From Heteronotia binoei (taxonomy: Eukaryota): a stretch of DNA of 64,000 nucleotides. The position numbers and the translations under genes are program-made. The stretch spans positions 103,168,001 through 103,232,000 of the forward strand of contig NC_083223.1 in NCBI RefSeq assembly GCF_032191835.1, in the 5' to 3' direction. Within the stretch, counting starts at the first letter, position 1; every line of letters starts with the position of its first letter. Under the pieces are notes generated by a model. The model saw only the letters and a program-made list of their open reading frames with translations, did not search any database and was not told the DNA's origin. Shown here in pieces: positions 45,223-57,867 of this stretch.

Positions 45223-47235
45223 TTTCTTTTTCCGGATGCTCTTGATAGCTTAGTAAGTTGACTGTATTGTCTAAATTTGTACAAAGAGGCACTTGTTTGA
45301 CATTAAATGTTACTCTTGATTTCTAAATAATGGAACTTTGGTCTTCTGGGCCCTCCAAAAGCAGTACCTGTAGAACAAAGACCTTGAAGGGCTTCTTAGA
45401 TGCATTAGGTTTAAGCGAAACAACCTGTGCCACTCTGGATACTTAACCTGGCTAATATGAGATCTGGAAAAACAGAATTAAGACAAACTAGAATTTGTTC
45501 AAAACAGGCTTGCACCAGTTGACTTTAGCTAGAGTGGGTGTATATGTAAGCAAAGCCTTAAGGACCAGTCCGTGGTACACTAGATTATCTTTTATCTTGA
45601 GTTGACTTGACACTTTGACTGTGGTTGTTTGGAATATCAGGAGCCTTAGCCTGAGTTTTCAAACATGGATACCTGAATCCAGGTATCAATACAGCAAAGG
45701 TTTAATCTTACATGTAAGTTGTTAACCATTTCAATATATACTTCAGTGCTTGACTTCGAGCATATGCAGCCTTGGAAGTCTAGCCTAAAGTAAAAGCTTT
45801 TGTTCTACCAAATTGTTGAGCAATATTTTTTACTCTCAGCCATAGGTAACAAAAAAAAAACTACATTTGTCTATAAAATAGTCACTTGGTGCTTGCCTTT
45901 AACTGTTCACTTTTGGGCTAATTTCCACCATATTGCTCAGGGCAAATTATGCCTTAATAAAACAGTAGGCTTTTGTAAAAACAAATGCAGAATAGTAGTA
46001 GTGTTGGAGGGTGGAAATTGATTCAAGGAAGTGTTGCTCCTAGGTTTTAATAGGTGAAATTTAGTGTTACACTTAACTTGCTTCCATCTATGTTTTCAGC
46101 AGTAACTTGCTTTGGAAGCAATTACACTTCATTTTATGAGAGAGTGGCACATTAGCACCTTGTTCCCTAAAGAACAAAGTCAGAGCTGAATGAAGTTCAA
46201 TGGATTCCATACTGAATACATACTCTTATTCAGCCGTCCACATCTTTTATTTTTTTGTGGCTTGTATATATACTCTGGTCACCCTGGTATTCTCTGTAGT
46301 GTTAGAAATGTATTGACTTATTATGCTTTAAATGGCCATGGGATGAAATAAATTGATGTAAAATGAGATTCTCCATACCAGTGTCATTTTTGGACTTAAT
46401 TGGTTGGGGTACTTTCCATTCAGAACTCTTAGTGAAGGGTTCATAACATTATGTTGTAAATTTCTGTTGTGTGGTTTAGCATGTAATATTTTGTTTAAAA
46501 AGCATGATTTAAAGATAGGCCTGAGCCTTAGTGAATTTTGAATGGAATTCCTTCTGAGTCTTGCCCAAGCTTAAGTTTTGCACCTACTTCAAAATACATA
46601 AGAGTTTAGTAGAATGTAGGGCTATTTTGCATTTCAGGTTTACTAAGGATATTGCTGAATTGAAAAAACATGTAACAAGTAGACATAATTAGCTGCAATT
46701 TTTTGGCAGTATATGATTTATTCCCCTTCAAGTAATATGCCAAATTGCTTTCAAGACTGTCAGTTGAAAGACCCAATTTCTTTATTGTTGAGAAAAGATT
46801 AATACCCACCCCAAAACCAGTTCTAGGTTACTTCTAGGGCAGTAATTTAAAACCCATTGACTTCACTGGATTTAGATGGCTGTAACTCTGCTTACTGCTA
46901 CAGTATATTCCTAAATAGAATGTTTCCAAGACAATGAACTGTGGATTTAGTCTGGAATAGGATTGCAAGGATATATGTATCTTGCAACAAGTAACACTGC
47001 TGCATTAAGGTTGTCATTTACAGTGTAAATGTATGTTTGTTTTTTACTACTTTCAGAACATGTCTGGTTTATATAAAACACAGTTGTGAACAGAATAAGG
47101 TGGTTCTGTTGCTATTTGTATGCTGATCCCAGATTTAAAATCGGCTAATTAGCCTTGGCAATAATATTCTGTTCTACTTGAGTCAGCTAAAATGGACATC
47201 ACTGAAAATATCTCAGTAAAATGTTGGTAATGAAG

Positions 47236-47744
47236 TAGGGTTGCCAATCCCCAGGTGGGGGCAGGGGATCCCCTGGTTTGGAGGCCCTCCCCCCGCTTCA
47301 GGGTCGTCAGAAAGCGGGGGGAGGGGAGGGAAATGTCTTCTGGGAGTTCTATTCTCTATGGAGATTTATTCCCATAGAAAATTATGGATAATTGATCCGC
47401 TGGTATCTGGGGCTCTGGGGGGGGGGAGCTGTTTTTGGAGGTAGAGGCACCAAATTTTCAGTATTGCATCTAGTGCCTCTCCCCAAAATACCCCAAAGTT
47501 TCAAAAAGATTGGACCAGGGGGTCCAATTCTATGAGCCCCAAAAGAAGGTGCCCCTATCCTTCATTATTTCCTATGGAAGGAAGGAATTGAAAAGGTGTA
47601 CCGTCCCTTTAAATGTGATGGCCAGAACTCCCTTTGGAGTTCAATTATACTTGTCACAGCCTTGATCTTGGCTCCACCCCCAAAGTCTCTTGGCTCCACT
47701 CCCAAAGTCCCCAGATATTTCTTGAATTGGACTTGACAACCCTA
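47236..47744 (+). mobile_element. TAGGGTTGCC-type hAT non-autonomous element (509 bp)
   Basis: TAGGGTTGCCA...TGACAACCCTA; TSD taatgaag/tagtgaag. Confidence 0.87.
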
Positions 47745-48920
47745 TAGTGAAGTAATAATGAAGTTAAGTAAACAGCTTACCATGAAAATGGCAACCAATG
47801 AATAATTTGAATAACTAGTAATTTACATAGATCTTAATGCACAAAATTATTGAAGTTGCAGCCCCAAGTACCTTAGCTTAGTGTTCATGTAATTTACTAG
47901 GGTGTTCTGGACTGGAATGTTAATGTCTTATTTAAAAGGGGGAATCATGACATAATAGTTTAAGGCTGTAATCTTAAACAAGCACTCTTAGAAATAAGTA
48001 TCAGATTATTGACTACATCCTGTAACATGCTTACTTCAAAGCCACTGAAATCTTATCAGAATGTGGTAAACATATTTGAATTTCATTTCTCAGTTCCAAG
48101 CATACTGACTCAATCTCACTAATTTCAGTGAGAATTCCTACTGAATATGTCAAAGATCACAGCCTTGGAGTGATTGGCCAAAAACTTATTTTTGGTGTTC
48201 TGTTTTCCAGCTTACAGTGGCCCCAACAGGGTGCCACTTTTCCCAACTTCAGACAATTTTATGACATGCCATGGTTAGCTTTTGTGGAAATTTCAGGTTT
48301 AGTGTGTCCTGCAGAGACCCATTCCATTGTAAAAGAAATAATGATTGTGTGTCGATTTAGCCAAATAGGCTTTTTGCCCAATATAATGGTTGCAGGGATT
48401 TGTGGGTTTATTAGCATGTTGAGCAGAAGGTCATTAACACAAAGCAGCCCACATTTACTATTTTTGCCTGCTTCCACCAAGGAGCTCAGCATAGTATACT
48501 TGTTTTCTTCCATTATTTTATTCTCACAACTGTGTGTTATACTTAACTTTATGCTGAGGGAAAAGTTACTGGCTCAGGTTCACCCAATGAAACTTCATTC
48601 TGAAATAAATATTTCAACCTAGATCTCCCAGGTCATAACCCCTACACAAGAGGTCTTTCTGAAAGTCTAGTTTGCTTACTAGCTTTTGGGGATCTGTTGT
48701 ATATTTGGTAACTAGGCTCCATTTCATTCTTTAAAACAAGCTGGCCATGAAGCTTGCGCACCTTTCTAGAAAACTACCAGTTATTAATCCTAAAATTTGC
48801 TTTCTGTATGAAAATATTTAATCTGAGAAAATGCCAGGTAGCAGTTCACCAAAGAAAGTTTATTTAAAACATTATGCCACCTTTCCACCCAAGTTGTGAG
48901 TATAGGGTTATTTCTGATGA

Positions 48921-49067
48921 GGTGTTTATACCCCACCTTTGTCCCCAGTGGGAACCAAAACAACTGACATGGTTCACCTTTCCACTTTATCCTTACAACA
49001 ACCCTGTGAGGTAGGTTAGGCTGAGAGTGTTTGGTCCAAGATCACACTCTACCATTACACCACACTG
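48921..49067 (-). mobile_element. Squam3/MIR-like SINE, internally deleted
   Basis: caacaaccctgtgaggtaggttaggctgagag...ccattacaccacactg. Confidence 0.65.
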
Positions 49068-51229
49068 ATTTTAAAATTACTTCAGCTATAAGTGCTAGTT
49101 TTTAATAGACTTGATAGTTGATTCTTCCCTACCATTGCATTCTCTAAAAAACTAGTGAAAGGTCCCCTTATCATTTGAAAATTCTATAAAGGACTGCAAA
49201 TTGAGGATGGGATTGATCTGATACACCTTTGAAATACCTGCAGCAGGATTGTTGGTTCTAGGCCTTCTCTATTGGCAAAAAAGCTTGGGGTTGGATCCTG
49301 CCAAACAATAGAAAAGAAGTTGTACAGTTAACATTTGTGCAAGATTCTTGCAATCAAGTACTGATTTTCTGCTTCTGTTCAGCATTGCTATGTGCAAAAA
49401 TCAAAAGGCTATTTGATGCAGTTGTAGCCATCCAATTTGGAGATGTGACATGTTTTGATTGAAAGATTCTTTATTGAGAGGTGTACTGAAACATAACTTG
49501 TTTCACATTTTAAGCAAATGAAATACAGTACTTGATGGTCAAGTTGATTCAGCGTGATGACTATTAGTGAGTTTCTTGTGTTGCCCCCCTTGCACATGAA
49601 CTCTTGCAGAAGTGTATTCCATGGTATCCAGCTTTATGAGTGGAGGTGATCCCAAGAGAGAACCATTTTCTTACATTCTGTGAGGCAGAAGTTACATGGT
49701 TTGAATATAATTACACTACCACTTGATGAGAAGCCAGGGCCCTGTTTGCAGTGGGGGGGTGGGGAGAGGCAATTTGAAGAAGGCAGCTGCAGCCAGTGTT
49801 GGCTATGTGTGGCTAAGAAGGCCAGGTTGTGTGACCAGCTGAAGGGGGTGGGCAGCTGCAATGGTGTGAATTTAAGCTCACCCCCTTCCTGGTGCATGTC
49901 TTACCAGAGGTCTGGAACTAGGTAATAGGTGAGGCAGGGAGGGACAGGGCTGATGGGAGATTTAAAGTGCTTCACCTGGAATCTCATCTGGACATGTAGT
50001 TTTTTTGCTTGTTGCATCACCTGGTTCTTACTGAGCAGTGGAAGATCTGACTGCAGCTGATCTGAAACAGGTGAGGACAAAAGCAGTGATGAGGCCCTGG
50101 GGTCCTGCCCCAGTGGCTTGGTCAGTGCCATGAGTCAAGCCAGACTGGTGTAGCACCTCAGGGATCTGGTCAGTGAAATCTTGAGGTTCAGCATTAGGCC
50201 CTCAAGTATCAATGAGAAGGCCTGGGGTTTTAGAAGCTGGGGCTGGCAGCTGAGCCATGTGGCTGCTGCACGGCTTGGGAGACTAGGCATGGAAGCCACT
50301 GGTGCAGCAGCCAGTAAGTGTTTGCCTCAGACCAGAGCATGTGAGGCAAACTTCTTGGGTACCTGGGTTCCAGAGGATCAGTTATCAAGGTTTTGCCTCA
50401 GCTATATCCTTAACTCACTGAGCATGTGCTTTGCAGACAGAATGTTGTCAGTTCCAGCTAAGTAACCTCTTTTTACCATGTAATCATGGCTGTTGGGAAA
50501 GGATTTTGTCTTTTTATCTGCAAGGGATAAATGGGGGTGGCTTGCCAGATAGCCAGGAGTAAAGGTGAGCCTGACCATTGCAGGTTGCTGGATTCTTTGC
50601 CGCTTTTTGGTCACCTTGGATACTTGCTCTTGCTCCATCTCCTTCCACCCTCTGCTGACCCATTGCTTTAGAGTACCCTGTCTTCCTTCACCCTCCCCAC
50701 TGACTTCTCTACTATTCTTTTTGCCTTCTTCAGGGTTTCAGGGGCACATTGCTGAGCATCCATGTGGCATTTTTCCAGCAGGGACTGGATTCCCAATTGG
50801 TTAAAAAAAAAACTGCACAGATTTGGAGAATACAGTTATGGTTAATTGGTTAAAACATACTTAGCAAAGAATACACACAAAAGGAGAGTGACAGAACTGA
50901 TCTAGGTTTGAGAGGGGCTGACTTTGGTGCCTGCCTGGGTAGTTTAAGGCCTTGTGGGTACATCTTCTGTATTGGCTCATAGACTGGTAGCAGGTTTCAT
51001 AGGTATTTACATCGACAAACAAGCAGATAGATAAGTATTTGGAAAGGTAGAGAAAGAGGCTATAGGGAAGGCTACTGATAGTAGCCTGAATCAAGGTTCT
51101 GGGTCAAGCTGATCCTGGCTGTAGTCAGTGTTTAATTTGGTAAGCTCTTCTTGTTGCACTGAGGCTGGTTTTGCTTTGCAGTGCGCTCTTCCTGCAACCT
51201 TTAATCTGTACCTGTGGCTGCGTCTAGGA

Positions 51230-51401
51230 CAATGTTCCCTCTAAGCTGCAGAGTCTTATGAGCAAAAACTCTACTTTGTGAGCTACTGCAAAAATTATTG
51301 TGCTCTGGGACCATTTTTCCTGAGCTAAGACAAAAAAGTGTGATCCAGAGGCTAAAAATCTGTGCTCTAGCTCATGCTAACTCAACTTAGAGGGAACACT
51401 G
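51230..51401. mobile_element. hAT MITE (same family as 34352, inverted)
   Basis: TIRs CAATGTTCCCTCTAAG / CTTAGAGGGAACACTG; degenerate TSD gtctagga/gtccaggg. Confidence 0.8.
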
Positions 51402-51409
51402 GTCCAGGG

Positions 51410-54400
51410 TCTGTGTGCTCTTGTGTGTCATATATTTGTCACTGATTGCCTGTGTTTGAGTTTTGGTGCAGCATGTCACCAAGAAGGGCTGTGCAAGGAT
51501 AACGTCGCCACCGCAGACTGGAAGTTATGGCTCATGGGGGAAAAGACCCTATCCCACTACTACCTCTCCCATGTATCAAACAGCAAGGAGGTCAGCTGCA
51601 GCTGGGAATGACAACACCCTCCAAGGCCTTTCTCAGGTGTTGGAGCTCCTCAGTGAATGGCTAAATCACCTGGATGACAGCCAAAGCCAGAAGCACAACA
51701 AGAAATCCAGAGCTGAAAGGCATGGGTCCTGAGCAGAGAGGAAAAGCCTATGCCCTGATGAGCAGAAAGGCAGACGGTCCTCATTGTGGGAATCAGGGTG
51801 CTCCAGCAGCTCAGGGAACTGCACACTAGATGCCTCACGTCAACAACCGAGAGGCAGGGGAGAAGCGAGGGAAGAGCGTTGACATCACACTCACAGGGGG
51901 ATTCAGACAACTCTTCAGTGAGGAGGGCTAGGCATCCTGTAGCAGATTACTGGAGAGTGGCAGCACATGTACCTGGGCTGCCAGCTTGGGCTAATCAGCG
52001 TAGTTTTGAGACAGCACAAACTATGGAGGACCCTGGGGCCATTTGGGCCAACCTTGATGCTTCTGACTCCTTCATCACCTTGACATTTGGGGATGATGAG
52101 GACCCACCAGATATCCACCTCTTGGAAAAGGTTAAGGACATTATACTGGACTGCTTTTATGCTTTCATCTTACAGAAGGCTGATGTGGACAACAGCTGGA
52201 CCAGCAGGGTGGCAAAAAGGGACAGGAAGTGTGGTAAGAAAGATGAGGCTGAACATACTTTCAACAGTTGGCTGTCCAGGTACCAAGCGTACACAGGAGT
52301 GGTGATGTTGGCCTTTATCTATATGGAATGGCACTTAAATAACCACCTGGGCAATGGGCTAAAGGTCAGAGCACTGGCTGTGATGTGGCCACTATGAAGT
52401 ATGAAGAGGTGTTCCAAAAGTGGGCCTCCCAGAGTGTGAAGGCCAGATGGGACTTGCTCCATGATAAAACATGATTGTTGGTGGTTAGCCCCCAAATCAA
52501 GGGGAAATCAGTTTTATCCAGGTTGTCCAAATGGATCTCTCAGTGGGACCCAATCCACAGGGTATGCTGCCAGAGGGCCTGCTATAAATTTGAGCACAAT
52601 TGGTCAGCTTTCTGGATGTGGCTCCCAAGAAGACTCCAGGTGAGTTCAGGCTTATCCATTAGTTGTCATACTGTAAAGGGTTCTCAGTTAACGATGCCAT
52701 TCCCCCTGAATTTTGCTTTGTAAAATATGTGTCCTTCGATCATGCAGTGGGTTTGATCAGGGCCTGTGGCCCTGGGGCACTCTTGGACAAATCTGATACA
52801 CAATCAGCTTTTTGCCTGCTCCTGGTACACAAATTGCTCCTTATATGTTTGTCTGCTAATATAACGTTTTCAGCTCACCACATAGCAGGTGTTGATAATG
52901 CCTTATTTTGCCACCAGGAGGAAAGGTTTTGCAGCCTGGCATTGGAGGCAAATTACTACACAGCACCATTTCCTGAGGAGTTCTGGGAATTTGGGAATAT
53001 ACAGGGAGTATTTCACTCAGTTGCCCTTTCTACCTTTCGCTCTTATTCAGTGGTAGCCTTGGCCTTTCTGGCCTTCTCCACTGACCTGGGGGATCTGGAC
53101 ACCTGGCTGGTATTGGAGAAGTGAGTTCTTCAGTTCATAGCCCACTTGCAAGAGTGGGGCTTCATGCCCAGAACTATTCAGGGGCATGTGACCTCCATTT
53201 CATTCTTTAGTAGGACCCACAGCTTTGCTAACCCATGCAGTACCTTCACAGCTCGCAAGGCAGTAGAAGGGTGAAGGATGCTCTCTCCCAAATCACCCAA
53301 TTCATGTAGGCCCCATATGTTTGAGATCTTCACGTGGCTGGTGCAAAAATTACTGGTCCTGTCATGTGCTGATCTCCCTATGAGGGCACCCTGTTTGAAG
53401 TAGCATTTACCTTGGCCTTTTTTGGGGCCTTGAGCATTGGGGAACTAGTGGCTAATTCCAAAGGAGACATAGCTAACCACCCCCTTGGGGTGCAGGACAT
53501 CTCAGTTGGCAGGGTGGGGTTTCCCTCTTCATTAGGAGGTCTAAGACCAACCAACATGCATGGGGAGAGCATCTGCAGCTAGGTGCTTTACTGGGGGGAG
53601 GCCTGTGCCCAGTGTGGGCTATGAGGGCTTTCGTGTCACTGTGGCCCTATAGGTCAGGCCTCCTCTTCCTCCCCAAAGACAGCTCTCCACTCATGAAGTA
53701 TTTGTGGGGGTCCTGCAGTCCAGCATTGAGGCTTTAGAGCTTCCCACTGGAGATTTTGGCCCCATTCCTTCTATACTGGGATGCCAGTCACAGCAGCTGG
53801 GTTGGGACTGTGGCTGTCATACATCCAGGCCATTGGAAGATGGTGCTCTGAATCATACCAGACCTACATCTGGCCACACTTGGCTGCTGACTTTTAATAG
53901 TGACTCATTCAGGTTCAGGTCAACAGTACAAGTCAGTTTGGATCTGCAGGCAAAGCACTGTGTATTGGGCAGGAAGCTACGCAGCCTTTTCTGGATGAGG
54001 CAGGGACCTCAGCCTGCAGGACATGCTGAAGATCACTTGGATCAGTTCAAGTGGAATGAGACAGGACACCCTACTACCTACAATACAATGTAACCTGCAG
54101 TATCATTGGCTACTGGGTATGCTAGTGGTGCAACTGGATGAAAATGACCTGGGGGCCCACACGGTATTGACTTGGCACTCAAGGCTGAGGCAGTTCTGCG
54201 AATATTATGGGTGGAGCTCCTGGCCACAACTATCTTCTGGTCTGAATGGCTGGAATGGTGCTCCTGGCACCAGAGAAGGTCAATGCGGTAAGGAAGAAAA
54301 TGACCAACAGGCTGGGCAAGCTCATGAAGGCCATGTGGGGCAGGATTCAGCACCCAGACATATTGCATTGGTTGGAGGCTTGTTTTGTTTGGATTACATT

Positions 54401-55730
54401 CACCTATCTATCTCATTGGAGGATGGACTTCTGGCTACTTGGCATTGGGATGTAGGCTTCCCAATCCCCAGGTCCCAGAGGGGGATCCCCTGTTTTTACA
54501 GGCTTCCCCCCGCCCCCAGCCAGCTGGCCGGTGGGGGAAGCCCCGCCCCCACAGTCATCATGTAGTTTTAGAGCTCCTGCAGGTTTAGAAACCTGCAAAC
54601 AGGTCTGTTTTTAAAATGTGTGCCTTTAAGGCTGAGCAGGAAGCAGGAAACAGGAAGGGCTTCATGGGAAAGGGTCAGTAACAGTTTCGTCAGAGAATGG
54701 CCCCTCCCTTTCTTTTGCTTTCGTTTTCAGAGCAAGTAAAGTTCTGCAGAAACAAGACCCAGTAAGTATTTGTGTGTGCGAGAGAGGGAGGAAGCAGGGG
54801 ATTCCCTGGTTTGGAGGCTCTCCCCCCGCTTTAGAAAGCGTGGGGGGGAATGTCTACTGGGCACTCTTATTATTCCCTACGGAGAATGATTCCCATAGGG
54901 AACAATGGGGAATTGATCCGCAGGTATTGGGGGCTCTGGGGGGGCTATTTTTTGAGGTAGAGGCACCAAATCTTTAGTATAGCATCTAGTGCCTCTCCCC
55001 AAAATAACCACCAAGTTTCAAAATGATTAGATCAGGGGGTCCAATTCTATGAGCCCCAAAAGATGGTGCCCCTATCCTTCATTATTTCCTATGGAAGAAA
55101 GGCATTTAAAAAGGTGTGCTGTCCCTTTAAATGTGATGGCCAGAACTCCCTTGTTCAATTATGCTTGTAACAACCTTGTTCCTGGCTCCACCCCCAATGT
55201 CTCCTGACTCCACTCCCAAAGTTTCCTGGTTCCGCCCCCAAAGTCCCCAGATATTTCTTGAATTGGACTTAGCAACCCTATAGGGATGGCCTACAGACTT
55301 GGCTGCAACTGCAGGAATGTTGGTGGGGGCCAGGTGAGAATACACCTGGCTCTTGTGGAGGTATCCGTATGAGGGCCAGATCCATTTTAGGAAAAACCAG
55401 CCTGCACCTCCATTTCCCCTGAGTATGGGGGGGTCCCTTGAAGAGATCTTGATGTGAGGATTTTCACGGGCTGCCAGGGTTTACCCTCATGCTCAAGTTG
55501 CAGGGGAAACCACTTAGTAGTGGTCATCATGGATCCAGCATCCTGTCATCCCATGACTCCCTCACCCCAGCAGGCAGGCTGGAGCAGGGCAGGAGTTCAT
55601 TGACTGGCAGGTGGATCATGCTGTGCCAAGGCTTTTTACAGTTGTAACCAATAAAGTTGTGGCCAATTTTATTCCAAAAGCTGAATTGTAAGAGTGTTTA
55701 CTGAGGTATGAATGGAGGGGGATCCCTTGC
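51410..55730 (+). mobile_element. Ngaro-type (DIRS order) tyrosine-recombinase retrotransposon relic: gag, RT/RH fragments, YR, SGNH hydrolase (ends approximate)
   Basis: gag: FNSWLSRYQAYTGVV, YEEVFQKWA...ARWD. RT: PKKTPGEFRLIH*LSY..SVNDAIPPEFCFVKYVSFDHAVGLIRACGPGALLDKSDTQSAF. RH: NITFSAHHIAGVDNA. YR: FTLAFFGALSIGELV, IRRSKTNQ, LCPV.AM, PHSFYTG, IGRWCSESYQTYI. SGNH: ICRQSTVYWA, VVQLDENDL, DYIHLS. AATAAAGTTGTGGCC at 55650. Confidence 0.85.
54453..55280 (+). mobile_element. TAGGGTTGCC-type hAT element (828 bp) inserted at the end of the Ngaro SGNH ORF
   Basis: TAGGCTTCCCA...TAGCAACCCTA; TSD ttgggatg/tagggatg; body colinear with the 47236 and 56020 copies. Confidence 0.85.
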
Positions 55731-56000
55731 CTTCTTTGCCCTCTTCCCCCCACCTGTCACTGGGACCACAACAGAATGTGTTTTAGACTACATTTGTAAT
55801 GTCAGGTAATATTCTAAGTTACAACACTATCATGGCAGCAGGAAGGTTTTTGGTTTTCTTGCCAATCAATCTATGTTTTCTTATTCTCTTCCTTGCTTCA
55901 GTCTTTTTAAATAACAAATAGAGTGTATGCTCCCAGTATTTGGAGTTACTGTCTAACTGATGAATACTCTAGATATGAACAAATGTGTCTTATACAAATT

Positions 56001-56975
56001 CAGCAGTAGCAGTTGCTCTTAGGGTTCCCAAATCCCCCGCTAGGCCTGGAGACTCCCGATTTGGAGCCTCCTCCCCCCGCTGGCCATAAAAGGGAAAGCG
56101 GGGGGAGGGGAGGGGGGAGAACGGCAGCCCTTCCCACCCAGCCCCGATTGCAGCAGCCAGAGCTCTTCCGTTTTCTCAGGCTGCTTCCCGCCCCCAGTCA
56201 GCTGGCTGGTGAAGGGAGGGGAGCCCAGCCACGCCCCCAAAGGACCATGTGCCTTTGCACCTCCGGAGGTGAGTGAGTTCTGTCCCCTGCATCAGATTTC
56301 CCAGAAACGGGGGGGGGGGGGGCGGGGGGTGGAGAGGGAAACGTCTTCTCATAGGGTATAATGGGGAATTGATCTGGAGGTTTCGGGGACTCTGGGGGAG
56401 CTGTTTTTTGAGGTAGAGGCACCAAATTTTCAATATAGTATCTAGTGCCTCTCCCCAAAGTATCCCCCAAATTTCAAAACGATTGGACCAGGGGGTCCAA
56501 TTCTATGAGCCCCAAAAGAAGGTGCCCTTATCCTTCATTATTTCCTATGGAAGGAAGACATTTAAAAAGGTGTGCTGTCCCTTTAAATGTGATGGCCAGA
56601 ACTCTCTTGGAGTTCAGTTATGCTTGTCACACTCTTGTTCCTGGCTCCGCCCCAATGTCTCCTGGCTCCACCCCCAAAGTCCCCAGATATTTCTTGAATT
56701 GGACTTGGCAACCCTAGTTGCTCTGCCTCCAGATTTCTGCTTTCCCCAGATCAAGCAATTTATTCTACACCAGTTGCTGTGCAGCTGCATTTTGACCTGT
56801 GGCTGTCTCCAATTTCTTCTGCATCTTTCTGATCTCTAAAAAACAAGATCAGAAAGATGTGGGGAAAATTGGAAGAAGCTGTGGGTCAAAATGTGGCTGC
56901 AGAGCAACCAGCGGGGAATTGATTGCTTGATCCAGGGAAAGCAGAAGTCCAGGAGTGGAGCAACTGTTACCACTG
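56001..56975. mobile_element. Palindromic MITE (~270 bp) whose left arm is split by the 56020 hAT
   Basis: cagcagtagcagttgctct|gcctccagatttctgctttccccagatcaagcaat pairs with attgcttgatccagggaaagcagaagtccaggagtggagcaactgttaccactg. Confidence 0.7.
56020..56716 (+). mobile_element. TAGGGTTGCC-type hAT element (697 bp)
   Basis: TAGGGTTCCCA...TGGCAACCCTA; exact TSD GTTGCTCT (56012-56019, 56717-56724). Confidence 0.88.
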
Positions 56976-57867
56976 ATTCGTATCAGTGTGAATAAATGAA
57001 ATAATATAACTGGGTGGGTGGGAGAGCCCTGATGTGTTAGATACCATCCCTCTTATTTTGAATGGAAACAACTGAAATGGCCAGTTTCCATTTTATTACC
57101 ATTGGACTTTAGCTACCTCAAATAACATTTTCCTAGTTTATTTAAAATACGATCTGAATTTAGCTGTACTTTTCATCTCTTCCATAAATAAGGGATAGTT
57201 ATTTATAAATAATATAGGAAAAGGGGGATGGGAAGTCATGAAGCTTACAGGCGTGCTGAGAGAAATAATGAGTCTATTGAGAAAAGCACCAAAAACCACA
57301 TAAATAGAAGTTTTAGACCTCATACACATAACTGGCACTGAAAATAACGACTCAAAGCCCTTCTTATGTATACACTATCCATTTAAGCCTCAATGCTCTT
57401 GAGAAATTATGTGAATTAGAAGATCTATTTATCTGCTTCCCAAAAGCCTATTTAAAGGTTCCATAGCTAATAATTATATAATATGTACAACAGTTGGTAA
57501 GTGGAATTTTAAAGTGTTTACAAGGCCATGAGTTGTTTTAGGCACTTCATGTCAAGTAATAGAAAATTGGTTGTAACTGAGTGTTAGACCTTAAGAAAAC
57601 AGTGCACTTACTGCACTCACATTCAACATTGGCTTTTCTTTGAAATACAAGATTTACATTAGACTTTTTGTGAAAGTGCCTTCTTGATTTGAGATGTGAA
57701 CTGCAGTTACTGCTAACATTTCTGCGAGACAAATTAGTACATTTACAGACAAGGCTTTATGGTTTAGGAAGTTTTAGTAGAAGCAGAGAAGCAGAGCAGC
57801 ACTTCTGGTCTACACTTCCTCTAGGCAAACAGGAGGACAATACTTGTGTGTGACAATGTAGGAAAAC

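Noticed and set aside
44527-45292. ORFs containing long X runs
   Set aside because: They are open only because they cross N gaps.
51786-54565. Host phage-integrase-like or esterase gene
   Set aside because: Many stops and frameshifts, mutated catalytic Arg residues, and colinear with gag and RT of a YR retrotransposon.
50900-55730. Split direct repeats expected at Ngaro termini
   Set aside because: I could not find convincing A/B repeat pairs by eye, so element boundaries remain approximate.
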